NCBI GenBank assembly: GCA_963795085.1
Contig: CAWCFX010000004.1
Coordinates: 640,001-704,000 of the forward strand
Direction of reading: 5' to 3'
Length of the DNA stretch: 64,000 nucleotides
Source: an uncultured Gemmatimonadales bacterium
Lineage (GTDB): Bacteria; Gemmatimonadota; Gemmatimonadetes; Gemmatimonadales; GWC2-71-9
Each line of letters begins with the position of its first letter. Within the stretch, counting starts at the first letter, position 1. The translations under genes were made by a program, and so were the position numbers. The notes below the pieces were generated by a model. That model saw only the letters and a list, made by a program, of their open reading frames with translations. It was not told where the DNA came from and did not search any database. Shown piece after piece: positions 56,530 through 64,000 of the stretch.

Positions 56530-58803
56530 ATGTCCGATCTACTCAGTTCGATCTTCCGCTTTCTGTTCAAGTACCCGCCCGAGGTCTTCCGGCAGGGAGA
56601 GTTCCGGTTGTCCGGCGCGCCGGGGCTGGCCCTGGTCATGCTCGCGGTGGCGGTCGTCGCCATTCCCGTGGTCGGCTCCTACCGGCGTTCCGCCGGCCGG
56701 GCCGGAAGCCGCGACCGGGCTCTTCTGGCCGGTCTCCGGCTTGGCGCCGTGGGCCTGGTGGCCTTTTGTCTCGTCCGCCCCTCGCTGCAGCTCAGTTCGG
56801 CCGTTCCGCAGCGAAACTTCGTTGCGGTGCTGGTCGATGATTCCCGCAGCATGTCCATCGCCGACATGGACGGCCGGTCCCGCGCCGATGTCGTCCGGGG
56901 GCTGATCGCCCGGGATAGCGCGCTGGTCCGATCACTCGCGGAACGGTTTCAGCTCAGGTTCTTTCGCTTTGGCGGCAGTACCAGTCGTATGGCCGACCGG
57001 GACACCCTGCGATTTGCCGATGAGTGGACCCGCCTCTCTCCGGCGATCGCGCGGGCCCGGGAAGAACTGGCCCAGGTTCCGCTCGCCGGGCTGGTGGTCC
57101 TCACCGATGGGGCGGAGAATCCGCCGGTGTCGCTCGATTCTCTTGAGCGGCTGGCGCCGCCCGGCGTCCCCCTGTACCTGGTGGGCCTGGGCCGGGAGCG
57201 CCCGGAACGAGACATCGAACTGGTGGACGCCCAGGGCCCCGCCTCGGTCCTCCAGGGTTCGACCATCGCGGTGGACCTCACCATCGGCCAGGCCGGCTAC
57301 GGCGGCCGGCCGGTCCGAATCCGGGCGGAGGAATCCGGCCGCATCCTGGCATCCCGTGACGTGACGCTGGAATCGAACGGCGCCACGACCGTCCGGCTGC
57401 AGGTTCCTTCGCCGGATCCCGGCATCCGCACCATTCGCTTCACGGCGGACCCGCTCGACGGGGAACTGCTCGCCGAGAATAACCGGCGCGAGATCGTCAC
57501 CGCCGTGAAGCGGGGGCCGGACCGTATCCTTTACTACGAGGGGGAACCGCGGTTCGAGCTCAAGTTCCTGCGGCGCGCGGTCGCCGATGATCCCAACCTC
57601 CACCTCGTCACCCTGCTGCGCACCGCCCGCGACAAGTACCTGAGACTCGGCATCGGGGACAGCCTGGAACTGCTGCACGGCTTCCCCCGGACTCGCGAAG
57701 AGCTCTTCGCCTACCGCGGGGTAGTGCTGGGAAGCGTCGAGGCGAGCGCCCTGAGCGTCGAGCAACTGCGGATGCTGGCCGATTTCGTCAGCGTACGAGG
57801 CGGCGGATTGCTGGTCCTGGGCGGCCGCCGCGCCATGGGGGAAGGCGGCTACGCCGAGACCCCGCTGGGCCGGGTACTCCCGGTGAACTTCGGGAGGCCG
57901 GACACCACCTTCTTTGATTCCGTCGCAGTGCGCCCCACCATGGCCGGCGCCGAGGAGCCGGCCCTCCAGCTGGCGGGCGAACCCGAGGCGACCGCAGCGC
58001 GCTGGCGTACCCTGCCGGCCCTCACCACCGTGAACCGGGTCGCCGGGGTCAAGCCCGGCGCCACCGTGCTTCTCGATGGCGAAGTCGCCGGCCGCCGGGT
58101 CCCCGTCATGGCCTGGCAACGCTTCGGACGGGGAAAGGCCCTCGCCTTTGCGGTCCAGGATTCATGGCTCTGGCAGATGCATGCGGTGATCGACGTGGAC
58201 GACCAGACCCACGAGACCCTCTGGCGCCAGCTGCTGCGCTGGCTGGTTCGCGATGCCCCCGAACGCCTCACGCTCGCCATGGGACCGGACCGGGTACCGC
58301 CGGGCGAGCCGGTGGCCATCGGCGTGCATGCGGCCAATGACCGGTTCGATGCGGTCAATGCCGAACGGATCGTCGCGAAGATCACCACCCCCACCGGCCG
58401 GATCACTGAACTGGCGCTACCCTGGACCGGACTGCGGGACGGGTACTACCAGGCGTCCTTCGTACCGCAGGAACCGGGGCGCCACGACCTCGAGATCGTC
58501 TCAGCCGGTGCCGGCGATGCCGCGGGGACGGTATCCGGATCATTCGCGGTCGGTGACTCGGATGCGGAACTGCGCGGCGCGACACTCCAGGCCGCCCGGC
58601 TCCGGGAGATGGCGGCCCGGTCGGGGGGCCGGTATTACACCCCGGCCAATGTGGCGTCTCTCTCCGGCGACGTTGCCATGGGTGGCAGCGGCATTACCGT
58701 CACCGAAAGCCGGGACCTCTGGGACATGCCGGCGATTTTCCTTCTCCTGGTCGGATTGCTGGGCACCGAGTGGGGATACCGCCGCTGGAAGGGGCTGGCC
58801 TGA
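56530..58803 (+). CDS. Membrane protein with vWA-like, Ig-like and class I GATase-like domains
   Basis: TMs, MIDAS-like DDSRSM and LTDG, EGEPRFE, FVSVRGGGLLVLGG, QRFGRGK, C-terminal TM with EWGYRR. Confidence 0.8.
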   Translation: MSDLLSSIFRFLFKYPPEVFRQGEFRLSGAPGLALVMLAVAVVAIPVVGSYRRSAGRAGSRDRALLAGLRLGAVGLVAFCLVRPSLQLSSAVPQRNFVAVLVDDSRSMSIADMDGRSRADVVRGLIARDSALVRSLAERFQLRFFRFGGSTSRMADRDTLRFADEWTRLSPAIARAREELAQVPLAGLVVLTDGAENPPVSLDSLERLAPPGVPLYLVGLGRERPERDIELVDAQGPASVLQGSTIAVDLTIGQAGYGGRPVRIRAEESGRILASRDVTLESNGATTVRLQVPSPDPGIRTIRFTADPLDGELLAENNRREIVTAVKRGPDRILYYEGEPRFELKFLRRAVADDPNLHLVTLLRTARDKYLRLGIGDSLELLHGFPRTREELFAYRGVVLGSVEASALSVEQLRMLADFVSVRGGGLLVLGGRRAMGEGGYAETPLGRVLPVNFGRPDTTFFDSVAVRPTMAGAEEPALQLAGEPEATAARWRTLPALTTVNRVAGVKPGATVLLDGEVAGRRVPVMAWQRFGRGKALAFAVQDSWLWQMHAVIDVDDQTHETLWRQLLRWLVRDAPERLTLAMGPDRVPPGEPVAIGVHAANDRFDAVNAERIVAKITTPTGRITELALPWTGLRDGYYQASFVPQEPGRHDLEIVSAGAGDAAGTVSGSFAVGDSDAELRGATLQAARLREMAARSGGRYYTPANVASLSGDVAMGGSGITVTESRDLWDMPAIFLLLVGLLGTEWGYRRWKGLA

Positions 58804-59756
58804 TGTTCCTGCTTCCGCTGGGCCTCGCCCTTCTGCAGGCGCCCGCCAGCCACGTGATCGTCGTGACGGGGCTGGGCGGCGACGCGGCCTATCGGCGGGA
58901 CCTGGCCAGCTGGGGAGCCACCCTGGTCCGCGCGGCGGATGCGGCAGGCGTCCCCGCGGCGAATACCATTCGGCTGGCGGGAGATTCCGCCCCCGGTGTC
59001 GCGCTGCCGCGAGCAACTCGGGAACGGGTCCTCGCCACGCTCCAGGACGTGACCCGCCGCAGCCAGGCGGGAGACCTGGTGCTCCTTTTCCTGGCTGGGC
59101 ACGGCAGCCATGCCGGGGCAGAGTCGCGGATCAACCTGCCCGGTCCCGACCTGACCGCCGGAGACCTGGCGACCGCGCTGGAACCGCTGAACGACCGCCG
59201 GGTAGTGGTGGTGAATGTGGCGAGCGCCGGCGGGGACTTTGTGGCAGTGCTGTCGCGGACCGGCCGGATCATCATCACCGCGACGAAGAGCCCCTTCGAG
59301 CGGAACGCGACCCGCTTCGGCGGCCCCTTCGTGAGCGCTCTGGCCGATGCGGGCGCCGATGCCAACAAGGACGGGCGGGTGTCCATGCTCGAAGCATTTC
59401 TCTACGCCCGCCGGGAAACCGGGCGGATCTATGAATCCGGCAACCGGTTGATGACCGAGCATGCGGTGCTCGACGACAATGGGGACCGGCAGGGGAGCGC
59501 CGTGCCGGGCGCGGAAGGTGAGGACGGAGACCTGGCCCGGTCGGCATTCCTGGGGCTCCCGCCGGCACGCCATGCCGTCTCCGACTCGGCCAGTGCCCGG
59601 CTGGCCCGCGAAGCCCGGGACCTCGAGGCCCGCATCAATCAGCTGCGGGCCCGCAAGGCCTCGATGAACGAAGACGACTACCAGGCCCGGCTCGAGGAAC
59701 TGCTGGTGGAGCTGGCCCTCAGGAACGAAGCTCTCCGGGGAAGGCAAGCGCCATGA
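58803..59756 (+). CDS. Caspase/peptidase C13-fold secreted protein lacking the catalytic Cys
   Basis: LFLAGHG, VVNVASAGG, IITAT, DANKDGRVS, coiled-coil tail; TGATG coupling. Confidence 0.65.
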   Translation: MFLLPLGLALLQAPASHVIVVTGLGGDAAYRRDLASWGATLVRAADAAGVPAANTIRLAGDSAPGVALPRATRERVLATLQDVTRRSQAGDLVLLFLAGHGSHAGAESRINLPGPDLTAGDLATALEPLNDRRVVVVNVASAGGDFVAVLSRTGRIIITATKSPFERNATRFGGPFVSALADAGADANKDGRVSMLEAFLYARRETGRIYESGNRLMTEHAVLDDNGDRQGSAVPGAEGEDGDLARSAFLGLPPARHAVSDSASARLAREARDLEARINQLRARKASMNEDDYQARLEELLVELALRNEALRGRQAP

Positions 59757-62371
59757 AGTCATGGATCGTGCTGCCCGCCGTGGCACTTCTGCTCGGCTGC
59801 GACGCCCGCCCCGCCCAGACCCAGGCGCCCGGTACGGCCGGCCAGGCCCTTGCCGCCGGAGCGTATGACCAGGCCATCGCGCTCTATCGCCGCGATGCCG
59901 CCGAATCGGACGAAGCACGGCGCGGCCTGCTCCGCGCCCTGCTGGAGACCGGACGCTACGCGGAAGCCGAAGAAGAAGGGATCCGCTTCGCGGCGACACC
60001 CGGGGCCGAAGCGGAAATCTCCATGACCCTGGGATTAGCACTGGAGCGGCAGGGAAAGCTGGCCGAGGCGGAGCGCCGCTATCAACTGGCGGCAATGCGT
60101 GCTTCCGACAGCCTGGTGGCGCGGTTTCATCTCGCCCGACTCCAGTGGGACCGGGGAGACCGTGAAGCGGCTTACCAGGGGTTCGACCGCTTTATCGACT
60201 ACTACAACGCAGCCCCCGGGAGGCTCACCTCGGCCGAGCTGGCCGCCGTCGGAGGCGCGATGCGGTACCTCGGCCGCCGGGATCCCCAGCTCTACCGCGA
60301 TGCCCTCAAGGCCCTCGATGAAGCGATCGCCGCCGACAGCGGCAACCTCGACGCCCAGGTGCAGGCGGGCGAGTTGTTCCTGGAGAAATACAACAGCGGG
60401 GATGCCCGGGAGGCCTTTCTCCTGGTTCTCCGCCGCAATCCCAGGCACCCGGACGCGCTGCTCGGCCTGGCTCGCCAGCTCCAGTTCGATGGCCAGCCTG
60501 GCGCGGTGGAACAGGTGACGAAAGCGCTCGCGACCAACCCCAGGCATGCCGGCACGCTTGCCCACCTGGCCGCTCTGCAACTCGACGCGGAGCGGTATGA
60601 CAGCGCGCGGACCGTGGCCCGGGCCGCGCTGGCGGTGGACTCCACGTTTCTCCCCGCCATGGCCGTTCTGGCCGCTGTCCATCACCTCGACGGCGACCGC
60701 CGTGGGTTTGACCTGGTGCGGAGGCGTTCCCTGGCCCGGAACCCGCAGTCGGCCGAGTTGTACCGGGCCCTCGCTGAACTGAGCGCCCGGCACCGCCGCT
60801 ATTCCGATGCGGTCACCTTTGCGCGGGAAGGCGTCGCGCTCGACTCGACCGCCTGGGAAACATGGGGGCTGCTCGGCATCAATTTGCTGCGGACCCCGGG
60901 ATACGCCGAGGCCCGGCGCAACCTGGAAACGGCGTTCCGGGGCGATCCCTACAATATATGGATCAAGAATACCCTCGACCTGCTGGACACCCAGTCCGAT
61001 TACCGGGAGAGCAGAAGTGAACGCTTCGCTTTCCTTATAGAGAAGAAAGAGGCACCACTCCTGGAGCCCTACCTGGCCGCGGTTGCGGAGTCGGCGTGGA
61101 CCGCGCTGGCCGCACGTTATGGCCATCGTCCGGCGAACCGGGTCCGCCTGGAGGTGTACCGGCGCCACGCGGATTTCTCGGTGCGTACCGCCGGCCTTCC
61201 CGGTTTCGGAGCGCTGGGCGTGTCATTCGGCCCCATGCTGGTGATGGACTCACCCGGCGCGCGGGGCCGGGGCGAGTTCAACTGGGCCAGCACCGCATGG
61301 CATGAGATCGCCCACACCTTCACCCTCGGCGTCACCGAGAACCGGGTTCCCCGCTGGCTCTCCGAAGGACTCTCGGTGCTGGAAGAGCGCCGGGCCGGGA
61401 GGGGTTGGGGCGGACAGGCCTCGATTGACTTCCTGCTGGCCTGGCAGCAGCAGCGGCTGCATCCCGTGAGCCGGCTGAACGAGGGGTTCATCAATCCGAG
61501 CTACCCGGCCCAGGTGGTGCATTCCTATTACCAGGCTTCGCTGGTATGCGAGATGATCGAGCGGGATTTCGGATGGCCCAGGGTCCGGGCCCTGCTCGAC
61601 CAGTACCGCCAGGACCGCTCGCCCGAGGATGCGTTCCGGGCCGCCCTGGGGGTCACCCTCGAGGAGATGGACCGCCGGTTCTCCGCGTACATGCGGGACC
61701 GATTCGCCGGCCCGCTCAATGCTCTTACGGTCCCCGATGGACCGCCCCCGGACGATCCGGCGGTGGCTGTCGCCGCCGCCACCCGGAGCCCCGGCGACCT
61801 GCTGGCGCAGCTGCACGCCGGCCGGTTGCTGGTCGCCGCCGATCGGCTGGAGGAGTCGGTGCCGTTCCTGGAGCGGGCGCAGGCGCTCTTTCCGGAGTAC
61901 GGGGGTCCGGACAGCCCCTATCTGATGCTGGCCCGGGCCTTTCGCCGGAGCGATCCGGTGCGGGCCGAGCGAGAGCTGAGCCGGTACAGCGACCTCGCGG
62001 AGACCGATGTCGCGGCCAACCTCGAGCTGGCCGCCCTACGGCTCGAACTCGGGGACAGCGCCGGCGCCGCGGCGGCATTGGAGCGGTCGATCTGGATTCA
62101 CCCGTACGATCCCGACGTTCACCAGCGACTCGCGGCCCTGCTCATCGCCCGGCGCGACTTCGCCGGCGCAGCGCGGGAACGGGCGGCTGTCCTGGCGCTG
62201 GACCCGGTGGACCGGCCCGAGGCGCTGTACCAGCTGGCCCTGGTCCAGTTTCAGGGCCGGGACCTGGCCGCCGCCCGGCGGAACGTGGTGGCCGCGCTGG
62301 AACTGGCGCCGGCGTTCGAGCGGGCTCAGTCACTGCTGCTGGAGATTCGCCGCGCGGGAGCGACCCCATGA
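59753..62371 (+). CDS. TPR lipoprotein with gluzincin (peptidase MA-like) domain
   Basis: Lipobox LLGC, many TPRs, HEIAH...PRWLSEG. Confidence 0.82.
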   Translation: MKSWIVLPAVALLLGCDARPAQTQAPGTAGQALAAGAYDQAIALYRRDAAESDEARRGLLRALLETGRYAEAEEEGIRFAATPGAEAEISMTLGLALERQGKLAEAERRYQLAAMRASDSLVARFHLARLQWDRGDREAAYQGFDRFIDYYNAAPGRLTSAELAAVGGAMRYLGRRDPQLYRDALKALDEAIAADSGNLDAQVQAGELFLEKYNSGDAREAFLLVLRRNPRHPDALLGLARQLQFDGQPGAVEQVTKALATNPRHAGTLAHLAALQLDAERYDSARTVARAALAVDSTFLPAMAVLAAVHHLDGDRRGFDLVRRRSLARNPQSAELYRALAELSARHRRYSDAVTFAREGVALDSTAWETWGLLGINLLRTPGYAEARRNLETAFRGDPYNIWIKNTLDLLDTQSDYRESRSERFAFLIEKKEAPLLEPYLAAVAESAWTALAARYGHRPANRVRLEVYRRHADFSVRTAGLPGFGALGVSFGPMLVMDSPGARGRGEFNWASTAWHEIAHTFTLGVTENRVPRWLSEGLSVLEERRAGRGWGGQASIDFLLAWQQQRLHPVSRLNEGFINPSYPAQVVHSYYQASLVCEMIERDFGWPRVRALLDQYRQDRSPEDAFRAALGVTLEEMDRRFSAYMRDRFAGPLNALTVPDGPPPDDPAVAVAAATRSPGDLLAQLHAGRLLVAADRLEESVPFLERAQALFPEYGGPDSPYLMLARAFRRSDPVRAERELSRYSDLAETDVAANLELAALRLELGDSAGAAAALERSIWIHPYDPDVHQRLAALLIARRDFAGAARERAAVLALDPVDRPEALYQLALVQFQGRDLAAARRNVVAALELAPAFERAQSLLLEIRRAGATP

Positions 62372-63135
62372 CCAGGCTCACCGTTCTGGTTCTGCTGCTG
62401 GTCCTGGCCGCGGGCGCGCCCGCCGCCGCCCAGCGGAGGGACGCCGAGGATCGGGTGGCGGCGGACCCCGCCAATAACCGGCCCTATACCGGACAGTTCA
62501 CCTTTGTCCGGATCATGTACCAGTCCCAGACCGGCGGACTGGGCCAGTTCCGCCGGCCCGACGTGCACTGGGACCACGACTACCCCCGGGCCGAACAGCA
62601 CTTTACCCGGATCCTCCAACAGATCACCACGCTTCGCCCGTACACGGAAGGCGGAAACATCCTCGCCCTGGATGACCCCGAACTGTTCAAGTACCCGCTG
62701 GCCTACATGGCGGAGCCGGGTTTCTGGACCATGACGGACCGGGAGATGGAGAGCGCCCGCGCCTACCTGCAGAAGGGCGGATTCATCATCTTCGACGATT
62801 TCGTGGACCAGCAGTGGTTCAATTTCGAGCGGCAGATCCGGCGGGTCCTGCCGGGTGCCCAACTGGTGAAACTGGATGCCAGCCACCCGATCTTCGACAC
62901 CTTCTACCGGATCGAATCATTGGAGTACCGGCATCCGTACTCTGGGTCACCCTCGGAGTTTTACGGGATCTTCGAGGACAACGATCCCACCAGGCGGCTG
63001 CTTACGATCGTGAACTACAACAACGATATCGCCGAGTACTGGGAGTGGTCGGACATGGGGTTGTTCCCGGTCGAGCTCTCCAACGAGGCCTACAAGCTGG
63101 GGGTGAACTACGTGGTGTATGCGATGACCCGGTGA
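62368..63135 (+). CDS. DUF4159 domain protein
   Basis: FTFVRI, W-x-x-DYP, YLQKGGFIIFDDF, HPIF, GVNYVVYAMT; signal peptide. Confidence 0.85.
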   Translation: MTRLTVLVLLLVLAAGAPAAAQRRDAEDRVAADPANNRPYTGQFTFVRIMYQSQTGGLGQFRRPDVHWDHDYPRAEQHFTRILQQITTLRPYTEGGNILALDDPELFKYPLAYMAEPGFWTMTDREMESARAYLQKGGFIIFDDFVDQQWFNFERQIRRVLPGAQLVKLDASHPIFDTFYRIESLEYRHPYSGSPSEFYGIFEDNDPTRRLLTIVNYNNDIAEYWEWSDMGLFPVELSNEAYKLGVNYVVYAMTR

Positions 63136-63242
63136 GATGATGGTCGGCAGGCGGCAGCACACAAACGCTCAGACACGGCAATACCGCAGGCACCCAAGAC
63201 GGCCGCTGATGGCGAGCACTCGTCCTTTCAAGGAGTCACATC

Positions 63243-64000
<758 letters not shown>

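Overview
A GC-rich, gene-dense bacterial chromosome segment with about 58 CDS and two tRNAs (Ala-CGC, Gln-CTG). It has no recognisable transposase, integrase, phage gene or CRISPR array. The gene content (Ser/Thr kinase-TPR proteins, a T9SS-like cargo with a PorV-like partner, a DUF4159-MoxR cluster) suggests a Gemmatimonadota/FCB-group genome; this is inference only. Recognisable housekeeping genes are nadE, crcB, a short mutY, mlaEFD and rnz. The most interesting poorly characterised modules are: (1) a DtxR/MntR-regulated operon with a visible operator, encoding a Tat-exported two-domain multicopper oxidase, a ZIP transporter and an outer-membrane barrel (10.3-14.1 kb); (2) an ABC exporter whose last subunit is fused to an AttH/CrtC-like domain (15.2-19.4 kb); (3) a TPR-glycoside hydrolase plus TPR-beta-barrel pair (24-28 kb); (4) a LytTR regulator with a large T9SS-like cargo and PorV-like gene (44.6-50.8 kb); and (5) a vWA / Cys-less caspase-fold / TPR-zinc peptidase / DUF4159 / MoxR operon running off the right edge. 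Features missing from the ORF track include an Eco57I-like N6 methyltransferase at the left edge, the MoxR gene, a frameshifted ankyrin gene and a 58-aa lipoprotein. All family calls come from motif recognition by eye; no database search was run.
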